Assembly: GCF_035084215.1 (NCBI RefSeq) | Contig: NC_090362.1 | Location: 5,890,001-5,954,000, forward strand | Direction: 5' to 3' | DNA: 64,000 bases | Source: Heptranchias perlo | Lineage: Eukaryota | Shown: positions 38,001-50,486 of the stretch, piece after piece | Layout: every line of letters begins with the position of its first letter | Position numbering within the stretch: the stretch's first letter is position 1 | Notes under the pieces: model-generated | Seen by the model: the letters and a program-made list of their open reading frames with translations, nothing else | Databases searched by the model: none | What the model was told of the DNA's origin: nothing | Program-made: the position numbers and the translations under genes

Positions 38001-41000
38001 CCCGAGAGAGCAGAAATGAAAGGAGGCATGGTGACAGGAGAGAGGGGCCTAGGAGGGGTAAAGAGAAAAGAAGAAAAAAGGTGAAAAAAGGGAAATGGTA
38101 GCGATTTCCTCTTTTTTCAATTGAAATAGTGCTATGGGATCTTTTACGTCCACCTGAGAGGGCAGATGGGGCCTTGGTTCAATGTCTCACCCAAAAGACG
38201 GCATCTCAGATGGTGAAAGAGGCCATTCAGCCCATTATGCCTGTGCCAGCTCTTTGATAGAGCTATCCAATTAGTCCCATTCCCTTGCTCCTTCCCCAAA
38301 GCCCTGCAAATTTTTCCTTTTCAAGTATTTATCCAATTCCCTTTTGAAAGTTATGATTTAATCTGTTTCCACCACCCTTTCAGGCAGCGCATTCCAGATC
38401 ATAACAACTCGCTGCACAAAAAATTCTCCTCATCTCCCCTCTGGTTCTTTTGCCAATCATCATAAATTTGTGTCCTGTGGTTACCGACCCTTCTGCCACT
38501 GGAAACAGTTTCTCCTTATTTACTTTCTCAAAACCCTTCATATTTTTGAACACCTCTATTAAATCTCCCCTTAACCTTCTCTGCTCTAAGGAGAACAATT
38601 CCAGTGTATCTTGGAATGAATCAATATTTGCAGAGGGTCCCTTGGAACATATTAATATGTTCAGAGGGCCCCTTGGAATGTAACAATTTTTGTAGAGAGT
38701 CCCTTGGAATGTATCAATATTTGCAGGGGGGGGGCTCTTGGAATGTATCAATGTTTGCAGGGGGTCTCTTGGAACGTATCAATATTTGCAGAGTCCCTTG
38801 GAATTTATCAATATTTGCAGAGGGTCCCTTGGAATATATCGATATTTGCAGAGGGTCCCTTGGAATATATCAATATTTGCAGAGGGTCCCTTGGAATATA
38901 TCAATATTTGCAGAGGGTCCCTTGGAATGTATCAATATTTGCAGAGGGTCCCTTGGAATGTATCAATATTTGCAGAGGGTCCCTTGGAATGTATCAATGT
39001 TTGCAGGGGGTCTCTTGGAATATATCAATATTTGCAGAGGGTCCCTTGGAATGTATCAATATTTGCAGAGGGTCCAATGATTGGGAAAGCAATTCCAGAG
39101 AATACAATTTTATGAAAGGTAACCATTCACAATGCAGCCTCAATAATGATCCTGTAACTCCAATGAAACTGCTCGAGACAATTAACTGGTAGAAATGTTG
39201 AATTGTCACTAATCGCCAAAATGGATAGCAAGCTGGCTACTAAACAGAAAACAGAGTGTAGGGGTTAAGGGTAGTTACTCAGATTGGCAGAAGGTGGAAA
39301 GTGGTGCTCCACAAGGATCGGTGCTGGGACCACTGTTTTTCACAATTTATATAAACAATTTGGACTCGGGAATCAGAAGTACAATTTCAAAAGTTGCAAA
39401 TGGCACCAAATTGTGGGGGGGGGGGGGGAGTATAGTCAATACTGAGGAAGACTGTGACAAAATACAAGAAGACATTAATAAACTTGCAGAATGGGCGTGT
39501 AATTGGCAAATTCATTTCAATATAGATTTGTGTGAGGTGGTGCATTTTGGTAGGAAGGATAAAGAGGCCACATTTTGCTTGGATAATAAGAGCCTAAATG
39601 GTGTAGAAGAGCAAAGGGATCTAGCGATACAGATACACAAATCACTAAAAGTAGCAACAAAAAAAAGTGAACCAAGCACTGGGGTTCATTTCTAGAGGGA
39701 TAGAATTGAAATGCAGAGAAATGTTCAACTTATATGGAATGGTAGTTAGACCACACTTAGAGTACTGAGCATAGTTCTGGTCTCCATATTATAAAAAGGA
39801 TATAGAGGCTTTAGAGAAGGTGCAAAAAAGATTTACTAGGATGAAACCAGAACTGAAAGGATATACTTATCAGGAAAGAATGAACAGGGTGGGGCTCTTT
39901 TCTCTAGAAAAGAGAAGACTGATGGATGACCTGATCGAGGTCTTTAAGATTATGATAGGGTTTGATAGGGTAGATGTAGAAAAAATGTTTCCACTTATGG
40001 GGGAGTCCAAAACTAGAGGTCATAAATATAAGACAGTCACCAATAAATCTACCTTCCCACCTTCCTTACCCAGAAAGTAGTTAGAATATGGAACTCGCTA
40101 CCACAAGGAGTAGTTGAAGGGAATAGCATAAATGCATTTAAGGGGAAGCTAGATAAACACATAAGGGAGAAAGGTTATGCTGATAGGGTTAGATGAAGTA
40201 GGGAGGGAGGAGGCTTGTGTGGAGCATAAACACCGGCTTAGACCTGTTGGGCCGAACGGCCTGTTTCTGTGCTGTAGATTCTATATAATCCAACTGTGCC
40301 ATGAGTGATAGCAAATGGCTGAAAGGCAGCAGAGAAAATCCCAAGTGAACTAGAAGAACTGCATGTGCCCAACCCATATTGACAGTCCTGAGTTTCCTGC
40401 CCGATGACTGTCTGAAGAACATTCTGAGCCTGACCGAAACCTGGTTCACTAACAGGACATTACACTGCCCCTCTCACCTACACCTTCCACCACCTCTCCC
40501 ACCCAAACCACCATGGACAAGGTGTGCCATTCATCCCCCGAGCTCAACTCAGCCTGGCCCCTTACTCCTCCAGCACCTTTTCTTCACATTCCTCCTCCTC
40601 CTCCAAGTTCTCATTGCTTACTGCCCTCATGACCTGCTCTCCCCAAGTACTTCCTTGTCAAAATCTTTTCCTTATTCTGTTTGCTTCATCTTTAGAACAA
40701 GTGACTCCTCAAACTCAGTGATATTCACCTGCACCTAAAGTCCGCCTGCCCCCTTCTGCCCTCCTGTCCTCACTCATCCTTACCCTTGATCTGCTCCACT
40801 TCCTTGGTAGTTGCTCTACCCCCTTCAAAACTGCTGTCACAACTTCTTATTAAAAAACCTACCCTTAGCTCAGCCCTTTGGTACTCTCCTCTCCAGTTAC
40901 CACCCCACCTCCAACCTCCTCTTCCAGGCTAAGAAGCTCAAACACATCCACCTGCCCCATCGCTCTCTGTTGATCCAAATCCAAACTCACCTGCCTCACA

Positions 41001-44000
41001 CTCCCTGTTCAACCAGCTCTGCACCCACCTTACTCACCACTCCCTGTTCAAATGACCTCAGTATGTTTTCTGTGATGCCCAGATCACCAAGACCAGCCTT
41101 GTCAAAATTACCAACAATATCCTGAGTGATTATAACCACATTATCCTCCTCAGCCATTCCAAGACCCTTGACACAATCGTCCACTCCATTCTGCTCCAAT
41201 GCCTCTCCAACAGCCCACCTCGGTGGCACTGTCCTTACATAGATCCACTCCTATCTGTCTCAGTGGAGCCAGCACATCCTCTGTAATTGCTCTCCTCCCA
41301 TGTCTAATGGTCACCCCCAGCCCACCCAAGGCTCCATCCTTGGCCCTCTCCTATATTCCTCTCAAGAACTCTATCACAGAGTCAGCTTCCATATGTAGCC
41401 AAGTCGATACACCACTTTACCTCTCCACAACTGCTCTCAATTCCAAGACCGATGCTATACTGTCTGATTTCGTATCTGGCATCAAGTTGTGGACAAACCA
41501 GAATTTTCCCAAGCTCAACATTGGCAAAATCAAAGCCATCCCGATCGGCTCCAATACACACTGACCCCATTTGACCCTGAGCTGAACTTCAAATCCACAT
41601 CCACTCCACCACCAATATGTCCTGACTCCACCTCCCAGATATCGCCTGCCTCCATTCCTATCTCACCCTCAGTGCCGCTGGAACCCTCACCCACACCTTC
41701 ATCTCCTTGACGACTGACTTCTGCAATGCTTTCCTCATCGGCCTTCTGAACTTCACCGATCACAGACTCCAGCTCAGCTGGATCAGATCCTATCCCACAC
41801 GGCATCCTGCTCACCTATCACTCCTGCCCTCACTGACCTCCCCCCATGCATTGAATTCAAAACCCTCCTTTACCATTCCCTCCACGGTCTCATCTGATTT
41901 TGGCCTCCTATTCTCCCAGTGCATTGATTTAAAAAAAAACTTTTGCGCAGCGAATAGTTATGATCTGGAATGCGCTGCCTGAAAGGGTTGTGGAAGCAGA
42001 TTCAATCGTGGCTTTCAAAAGGGAATTGGATAAATACTTGAAGGGAAAAAATTTGCAGGGCTACAGGGAAAGAGTTGGGGAATGAGACTAACTGGATTAC
42101 TCTTACAAAGAGCCGGCTTGATGGGATGAATGGCCTCCTTCTGTGCTGTAACAATTCTATGATTCTATAATTCTATAACCCTCCCTCTCGTTCACCCCCA
42201 CTCACTCAGCCCTCGGCCATGCCCCCACACTCCGTGATTCCCTCCCTTAACCCCTCCACCCTCCACCCCTTGGCACATCTTTGACATCTACAAAGGCTTC
42301 CTTAAAATCTACCTCTCCAATCGAGCCTTTTGTCACTTCCACTCACTCGCCTCTTATCTCGAGTCACATTCTTCCCCGTACTTCCATATTTGCAAAACGC
42401 CATCAAACCTTGCCCCACATTAAGGGCTCCGTATAAATAAAAGTTCTTCTTTTGAAAGTGTGGCTCAGTGGGTAGCACTCTTACCTCTGAGTCAGAAGGT
42501 CATGGGTTCAAGTCCCATTCCAGAGACTTGAGCACATAATCTAGGCTGACACTTCAGTGCAGCACTGTCAGAGATGCCGTCTTATGGATGAAATGTTAAA
42601 CCGAGGCCCTGTCTGCCTTCTCAGCTGGGTGTAAAAGATCCCAATGGCAATATTTCAAAGAAGATCAGGGGAGTTCATCCTGGTCAACATTTATTCCTCG
42701 CCAACATCACTAAAACACACTGGGGGGGAAAAAATCGATAGGGTCTATTATTGAGCGGGGGTAGCACGATCCGCTATTAACCTGCGCCCAATGGCCCCTG
42801 CGCAGGTAGGACGAGAATTTTGTCTGGCCTCAGTACTTACCTGCAAGCTGCATTGAAATCCAGGCCTTTCACGTCGATTCAATGGAATTCTCCACCAGCA
42901 GGGGGAGCCCCAATCTCTTAAAGGGAGGATTTCTCTTAAAATCTCTTAAAGGTAGACGGGACCTGTTATTTGCTAAAAATAACAGTCTGCTGCCTGCACA
43001 GAGTCTGAATGGAGATCAGACATCACACACGTAAAACACAGGTGCAGGTCCCGTCCCTATGTTTACACACTGGTGAGTTATGTTAAAACATTGAATAAAG
43101 GTTGCGCACTACTAAATCTCACATCCTCCAATCTGCATGCCACAATTCACCAATCTGCCGATCTGTATTTGTACCGGCCTGCAAGAGTGCATACACCAAG
43201 GTTCTCTGATGACGCAAGAGATGGATAGAAGGAGGGACACCCTATATCTACGGGGGGGGGGGGGGGGAGGGCGGGAGGAGGCCCTCCAGACATATGCTCC
43301 CGAGGCAATGGGAGGCAATAGGGGATGAAGTCAATGCCAGGAGCACAGCACCACGAACATGGATGCAGTGAAGGAAGAAGTTCAATGCTTTGACACAAGT
43401 GGTCAAGGTGAGTGAGGTCAAGTGGTGTCTCCTACCAACTGCACCACGAGCTGCATCCACTGCTCCACGCAATACACCCCCCATCACCCACATACCAACA
43501 AACTCGTTCAAATCAGTACTCAACTCTTTCAATCAGATGCTTCCTCTCACCCTTATGCATTACCACTGTTGCAAGCTGCCCACCCACAACCCACAGGTCA
43601 CACACAGTGGCAACTATTCAACCATGACAGGCACATCACTCAGACACATGTCCCGCTTTCTTGCAGGAGAGGGTGGTACATATCAGGAGGCAGCAAGTGG
43701 CAGTGGCATTTAGCCCCTTGAGCCTGTTCTGCCATTCAATGAGATGATGGCGGACCTGTGATCTAACTCCATATACCCACCTTAGCCCCATATCCCTTAA
43801 TACCCTTGGTTCACAGAAATCTATCAATCTCAGATTTAGAATTCACAATTGAGCTAGTATCAACTGTGGTTGGCAGAAGCGCATTCCAAACTTCTCCCAC
43901 CCTTTGCATCTGGAAGCGTTTCCTAAATTCACTCCTGCACGTCCTGGCTCTAAATGTTAGGCTATGTCCCTGTGTCCTAGTATTCAAGTAAAGCACCTTT

Positions 44001-47000
44001 CACAACCTCAGGACGTGCCAAAGTGCTTTACAGCCAATGAAATACTATCACTAGGAGAGCTCCAAAAACAAATGTCTCGGCAGCCAGAAGCAATAATCCA
44101 GCCACTAACCTGTAAATCCTGCATGGTCCTTTTAAATAGCTCTGGTGGGGGTCCTCCAGGCACTCTTAAGACACGTTTAGATGGTCGGGGTTAAGACTGT
44201 GCGTTGAGTTGAACGTTAAGTGTGAAAATGGTGTCTATCACTTTAAATCAGCATTGCACACTGATTGTATCCATTTTCTCCTTACTTTACATGCAGCCGG
44301 CGTTCGGTATTTGCACATGCGCTAACTCCTATACCAAGATGGCGTCTGGGGCACATCACACTGGAAACGTGTGTGCGCAGCCAAGACACCATCTTGGCAC
44401 CTCGAGAGGCCGCGTAGCGCCGAAACAACGGGTGCTACACGGCCCAATTTAGAGCCCATTATCTCATTGCTGTTTGTGGGATCTTACTGTTTGCAAATTT
44501 GCTGCCATGTTTCCTATATTACAACAATGACTGCACTTTAAATAGTATTTCATTGGCTGTATAGCGCTTTAGCACGTCCTGAGGTTGTGAAAGGTGCTTT
44601 ACAACTGCAAATCTTTCTTCCTTTTCTTGTAATTTTTTTTCTTGTAATGAGAAGGTTTCGGATCAACGCACCAAGCTTATCAGAAAGATCATTTCCGAAG
44701 TGTGCTGGAAGGCTCATATCCTGCTGGTTAAGATGTTAACTGTGTTGACGAAGGGTTGAGCTCTGATTGGGTGGGTTAAGTTCCTGAACAGGTGGGTTAC
44801 ATAGAGCGACTGATAGGGATCTCTGTTTGCAAATTGAGCATCTGGCACAAGCAATTCCCCCTGAAAGGGCTCTGACAGATTGCATCCAGCAACTCTTCCG
44901 CACACTGATCCAGTGACGTAATTCCATCGTCACTTGTATCTGCTACCAGTTGTAAGACTACAAATATGGAAAATACTGTAAAAACACTGTAAAACTGCAA
45001 GACATGAAACAGGCTGCGCGATATGAAACAGTTAACCCCAGGTGCCAGTCAAAGAGACTCCAGCCCATGATCAGTTTCGGAGACTCATTTGCATCAAACA
45101 ATGAGGCCGCGGCGAAGACACATTAACATCGAGACAATGTATAATCAAACTGACCTTCTGAGCCATGTTCAGTCTTGGACGAGAACAGAAGGCCTTTCAC
45201 ACCTAAACAAGATGTGGCGATGCCGGTGATGGACTGGGGTGGACAAATGAAAGGAGTCTTACAACACCAGATTATAGTCCAACAGCTTTATTTGGAATCA
45301 CAAGCTTTCGGAGCTTTCCTCCTTTGGAGCTTTCCTCCTTCCTCACCTGACAAAGGAGGAAAGCTCTGAAAGCTTGTGATTCCAAATAAAGCTGTTGGAC
45401 TATAACCTGGTGTTGTAAGACTCCTTACACCTAAACAATGCTGTGAGCCAAGGGCCCATCACAGTGAGGAATACCGCATTGTCCTGATGCTCTGCAGGTA
45501 GCGGGGAGGAGATAAGGAGTCGTCTCTCGACTTCACAGCTCTGCACAACTAAGGAATTTTGAATCGCCGTGATGCCCAAATGAAGAGGTGTGAATGTCAA
45601 GCAATCCAACAGATTGAAAGCTCAAACCATGGATGAGGCCCAGGTGGGGGTTTGCATGACTGGAACATTATAAGCAGGTACAACAGCAGCACGTGGAGGC
45701 TGAAGTCAGGTGAAGAGGGACGGAGACCAGTCACCTCCAGATCCGGGCCTACAATCAACATCGGTAATGACTAGCTACATGGGTGATTGTAAGTTCCAGG
45801 CAAACCACTAAGGGGTTTGCACTGCGGAGGCTGCAGTCAAGGGAAGAAGGAGGGAAACCGGTCATTTCCAGGTCCAGGCCTACGATCAGCATCGGTAACG
45901 ACTAGCCGCATGGGTGATTGTACGTTTTAGTCAAATTATAGAAGGGTTTGTACTGACGTTTTGTTGGCCTAATAAACTAACAAGTTTGGGTTGAGCTAGA
46001 GCCTGTTTGTCGCGTGCAATTTTGTTCTTGTGTTTCCGAGGTCCAAGAATCGGTGTAAGGCGGAAGGGAAAGGTACACCTTACACAGTATTGCACTACAG
46101 CTCAAGTAAAAACTGAATCACACCTCGCAGTCAGTCTCGATTGTAGCTCAGGCATCAGCCATGTTTGGACTGAGGATGGGAGAAGTCATCACTTCCCATT
46201 CCAGGAAGAGTCTGGATACAGACCCACCCATTACACAGAGTCTGGATACTGACCCCCTCATTACACAGAGTCTGGATACTGACCCCCTCATTACACAGAG
46301 TCTGGATACTGACCCCCTCATTACACAGAGTCTGGATACTGACCCCCTCATTACACAGAGTCTGGATACAGACCCGCCCATTACACAGAGTCTGGATACT
46401 GACCCCCTCATTACACAGAGTCTGGATACTGACCCCCTCATTACACAGAGTCTGGATACTGACCCCCTCATTACACAGAGTCTGGATACTGACCCCCTCA
46501 TTACACAGAGTCTGGATACTGACCCCCTCATTACACAGAGTCTGGATACTGACCCCCTCATTACACAGAGTCTGGATACTGACCCCCTCATTACACAGAG
46601 TCTGGATACAGACCCGCCCATTACACAGAGTCTGGATACTGACCCCCTCATTACACAGAGTCTGGATACTGACCCCCTCATTACACAGAGTCTGGATACT
46701 GACCCCCTCATTACACAGAGTCTGGATACTGACCCTCATTACACAGAGTCTGGATACTGACGCCCTCATTACACAGAGTCTGGATACTGACCCCCTCATT
46801 ACACAGAGTCTGGATACTGACCCCCTCATTACACAGAGTCTGGATGCAGACCCGCCCATTACACAGAGTCTGGATACTGACCCCCTCATTACACAGAGTC
46901 TGGATACAGACCCGCCCATTACACAGAGTCTGGATACTGACCCCCTCATTACACAGAGTCTGGATACTGACCCCCTCATTACACAGAGTCTGGATACTGA

Positions 47001-49966
47001 CCCCCTCATTACACAGAGTCTGGATACAGACCCGCCCATTACACAGAGTCTGGATACTGACCCCCTCATTACACAGAGTCTGGATACAGACCCGCCCATT
47101 ACACAGAGTCTGGATACTGACCCCCTCATTACACAGAGTCTGGATACTGACCCCCTCATTACACAGAGTCTGGATACTGACCCCCTCATTACACAGAGTC
47201 TGGATACTGACCCCCTCATTACACAGAGTCTGGATACTGACCCCCTCATTACACAGAGTCTGGATACTGACCCCCTCATTACACAGAGTCTGGATACTGA
47301 CCCCCTCATTACACAGAGTCTGGATACTGACCCCCTCATTACACAGAGTCTGGATACTGACCCCCTCATTACACAGAGTCTGGATACTGACCCCCTCATT
47401 ACACAGAGTCTGGATACTGACCCCCTCATTACACAGAGTCTGGATACTGACCCCCTCATTACACAGAGTCTGGATACTGACCCCCTCATTACACAGAGTC
47501 TGGATACTGACCCCCTCATTACACAGAGTCTGGATACTGACCCCCTCATTACACAGAGTCTGGATACTGACCCCCTCATTACACAGAGTCTGGATACTGA
47601 CCCCCTCATTACACAGAGTCTGGATACAGATCCCATTACACAGAGTCTGGATACTGACCCCCTCATTACACAGAGTCTGGATACTGACCCCCTCATTACA
47701 CAGAGTCTGGATACTGACCCCCTCATTACACAGAGTCTGGATACTGACCCCCTCATTACACAGAGTCTGGATACTGACCCCCTCATTACACAGAGTCTGG
47801 ATACTGACCCCCTCATTACACAGAGTCTGGATACTGACCCCCTCATTACACAGAGTCTGGATACTGACCCCCTCATTACACAGAGTCTGGATACTGACCC
47901 CCTCATTACACAGAGTCTGGATACTGACCCCCTCATTACACAGAGTCTGGATACTGACCCCCTCATTACACAGAGTCTGGATACTGACCCCCTCATTACA
48001 CAGAGTCTGGATACTGACCCCCTCATTACACAGAGTCTGGATACTGACCCCCTCATTACACAGAGTCTGGATACTGACCCCCTCATTACACAGAGTCTGG
48101 ATACTGACCCCCTCATTACACAGAGTCTGGATACTGACCCCCTCATTACACAGAGTCTGGATACTGACCCCCTCATTGCACAGAGTCTGGATACTGACCC
48201 CCTCATTACACAGAGTCTGGATACTGACCCCCTCATTACACAGAGTCTGGATACAGATCCCATTACACAGACTCTGGATACTGACCCCCTCATTACACAG
48301 AGTCTGGATACTGACCCCCTCATTACACAGAGTCTGGATACTGACCCCCTCATTACACAGAGTCTGGATACTGACCCCCTCATTACACAGAGTCTGGATA
48401 CTGACCCCCTCATTACGTAGAGTCTGGATACTGACCCCCCCATTACACAGAGTCTGGATACTGACCCCCTCATTACACAGAGTCTGGATACTGACCCCCT
48501 CATTACACAGAGTCTGGATACAGATCCCATTACACAGACTCTGGATACTGACCCCCTCATTACACAGAGTCTGGATACTGACCCCCTCATTACACAGAGT
48601 CTGGATACAGATCCCATTACACAGACTCTGGATACTGACCCTCATTACACAGAATCTGGATAGAGACGCCCCATTACACAGAGTCTCGGTACAGACCCGC
48701 CCATTACACAGAGTCTGGGTACAGACCCCCATTACACAGTGTCTGGATACAGACCCCCATTACACAGAGTCTGGATACAGACCCCCATTACACAGAGTCT
48801 GGATACAGACCCCCATTACACAGAGTCTGGATACAGACTCCCATTACACAGAATCTGGGTATCGACCCCCATTACATAGAGTCTGGATACGGACCCCCCC
48901 CCAATACTCAGAGTCTGGATAGAGACCCCCCATTACACAGGGTCTGGATAGAGATGCCCCATTACACAAGGTCTGGATAGAGACCCCCCATTACACAAGG
49001 TCTGGATAGAGACCCCCCATTACACAGAGTCTGGGTACAGACCCAAATTACATAGAGTCTGGATACAGACCCCCCCCATTACACAGTCTGGATAGAGACC
49101 CCACCCCCCAATCACAGTGTCAGTTCCCATTTTCTAACATAACAATCACAAAATGGGCATGTCTGTAATTTACACAGGCATCCCAAGGTGCTGAATTCAA
49201 GCCCCGGTCCCTTTGCTGCCGTGGGCCCTGCCCAGTGGGGTCTTCACCCTTTACAATTCTCCGCACTTTGTAATGGTGTGAGGCTCGGCCAAGTCATCCA
49301 ATATTATTGTTACTTTAGAATTCTCAGTGACAGAGTCTGAACACTAAATCTTCCACAATTTAATTCTGAAAGCGAAGAATAATTCTGCAGTAAGGGCATT
49401 TGGGATACAATCAGTGCTGTTCTCATACAATTATTTAGCACACTTACACCGACTTCAACTCTGCACTGTTTTATCACAGGAGTTGAATCATAGAAGTTTA
49501 CGGTACAGAAGGAAGCCATTCAAGCCTTCGTGCCAGTGCTGGCTCTTTGCCAGAACAAAACTATTGCCCCGCTCTCCCTGGTTCAAATGTTTTTATGCAG
49601 TTTTTCTTTAAAAGATGCAATGAACTCTGCCTCGACCACTCCCTGTGGAAAACATTCCATACTCCAACAACCCTCTGTGTTAAGACATTTCTCTGAACCT
49701 CTGTCCTCACTCTCTTAGTGACAAGTTTAAACTGACGATTTAACCGTGCTGAAATGGCACAGCAAGGACTGTGATACAAGCACATTAAACACCCACAGGA
49801 GAACAGCACCGATATCTTTCAATCTTTATATTTCTCCGTTGAGATCTCGATCGACACTGATATTTCCAGATAAGAAATATGTTGAAGATTAACTGAAATA
49901 TTGATCCTTACCTGTAGCATGTTGGAACAGAAGGAACAGACCCACAAACAAAGCACTGAGCTTCAT
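29040..49966 (-). CDS. IgSF type I membrane receptor gene, copy B, intact 445 aa (exons 49966-49912, 33370-32963, 32382-31900, 31776-31744, 29703-29593, 29478-29457, 29359-29325, 29230-29040)
   Basis: Paralog of copy A with the same exon lengths (55, 408, 483, 33, 111, 22, 35, 191 = 1338 nt), all splice sites intact and no internal stop. Leader MKLSALFVGLFLLFQHAT(G). Confidence 0.85.
29593..29703 (-). CDS. Copy B transmembrane exon
   Basis: Offset +19470 from copy A; one amino-acid difference (QSAK vs QSVK). Confidence 0.88.
29779..30126 (-). pseudogene. Same pseudo-exon relic in unit B (additional 1-bp insertion)
   Basis: Homologous to 10309-10655. Confidence 0.8.
31744..31776 (-). CDS. 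Copy B 33-nt micro-exon (N)SNRKILFFIP
   Basis: ctattccAG...CCAG|GTAAC, open, phase 1-1. Confidence 0.7.
31900..32382 (-). CDS. Copy B exon 3, V-type Ig domain 2 plus stalk
   Basis: VTLAC...LFW...DTGRYLC; ORF 31892..32395. Confidence 0.92.
32425..32570 (-). mobile_element. Short CR1-type 3' tail insertion specific to unit B intron 2, flanked by ATAATC
   Basis: Absent at ~12735 in unit A; gaatcatagaa tail on the reverse strand. Confidence 0.7.
32963..33370 (-). CDS. Copy B exon 2, Ig-like domain 1
   Basis: Same splice sites as copy A; overlaps ORF 32907..33254. Confidence 0.8.
34415..38080 (-). mobile_element. L2-like LINE (degenerate APE endonuclease + RT) inserted into a Deu-SINE, with a nested CR1 3' end at 35705-36080 (+)
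   Basis: RGGGVALI, ILGDFNLH, PTHIHGHHLDL, SDH, NYRLISNLPFLSKVLE, AAFDTVN, GVPQGSILGP; (TTG)n-type tail. Confidence 0.88.
38605..39075. repeat. ~31-bp minisatellite (cccttggaatatatcaatatttgcagagggt)n
   Basis: About 15 tandem units. Confidence 0.92.
39210..40290 (+). mobile_element. CR1 LINE fragment (RT C-terminal half)
   Basis: SGAPQGSVLGPLFFTIYINNLD, GLFSLEKRRL. Confidence 0.88.
40380..42450 (+). mobile_element. Highly decayed L2-like LINE remnant with nested CR1 tail (41925-42175)
   Basis: ILSLTETW, DTPLYLST, IKLWTNQNFPKLNIGK; C-rich sense strand. Confidence 0.65.
42458..44620 (+). mobile_element. Deu-SINE (head 42458-42720, tail 44457-44620) split by a PIF/Harbinger-like remnant (~42722-44457) with a decayed Myb/SANT-like ORF and a nested CR1 tail
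   Basis: A box tggctcagtgg and B box ggttcaagtccc. Insert reads PRFSDDA...RRRDTLY...RRPSRH...QWEAIGDEVNARSTAPRTWMQ*RKKFNALT across frameshifts at 43180-43410. Confidence 0.7.
45211..45426. mobile_element. Palindromic mini-element made of two inverted Penelope pseudo-LTR ends, 12-bp TSD ACACCTAAACAA
   Basis: Arms ggagtcttacaacaccag...tcacaagctttc and gaaagcttgtga...ctggtgttgtaagactcc; TSDs at 45199-45210 and 45427-45438. Confidence 0.85.
46205..49100. repeat. 30-bp minisatellite (cattacacagagtctggatactgaccccct)n, ~95-100 units
   Basis: Highly homogeneous core with degenerate units at the right edge. Confidence 0.98.
49912..49966 (-). CDS. Copy B exon 1, signal peptide
   Basis: ATG at 49966, donor G|GTAAGG, near-identical to 18917-18971. 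Confidence 0.82.
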
Positions 49967-50070
49967 TTCAGATTCCGAAATGGATTTTGCTCTTCAGAAG
50001 CTGGGCGGCTGTTTCACCATCGCGTTCTGATCTGTGAGAGAAAAAGAGAAGTGTAACTTTTAGACGTGGT

Positions 50071-50094
50071 GGAAGGGAAAAGCAACTTCCTGTT
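50071..50094. promoter_or_regulatory. Putative proximal promoter of copy B, same EICE-like and ETS motifs
   Basis: ggaagggaaaagcaacttcctgtt is identical in both copies. Confidence 0.45.
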
Positions 50095-50486
50095 GATTAA
50101 TTCAGATTAAATGTGTGATCTGACGGTCTATTAATGGGCCTGAGAACACCAGTTGGGCTGTTTGTTCAACCCTCCAACCAGAGAAGGGACTGGAGAGGTG
50201 AGAGGTTCAGAAAATACAAAGTGAAAACTGTGAGTGTGCCACTGTGCACCACGGAGATAGTGAGTAACACACCCAGCTACCATGTAATTTTCTATTGGCC
50301 CACTTGGAACAGTGAACAACATCCAATATGGGAAAGATTTTAAAGACTTACTGAAACGTGCCTCTCACCATGGATGAAGGAATTGTTCTGTAAGGAAGTG
50401 GTAACACGGCACTTAGAAAATCATAATATGATTAATGTAAGGAATCTTACAACACCAGGTTATAGTCCAACAGTTTTATTTGAAAA

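Larger units (their letters stand above)
19395..50275 (+). repeat. Segmental tandem duplication, unit B (intron 1 expanded by insertions)
   Basis: 19395-34400 aligns to 1-15520; 49500-50275 aligns to 18480-19270. Confidence 0.9.

Noticed and set aside
46148-48922. ORFs of 673-820 aa on both strands
   Set aside because: They are translations of a 30-bp minisatellite, open in several frames only because the unit lacks stops.
46205-49100. CRISPR-like array, or array of RSS heptamers (CACAGAG)
   Set aside because: No unique spacers or cas genes in this eukaryotic DNA; no nonamer at 12/23 spacing.
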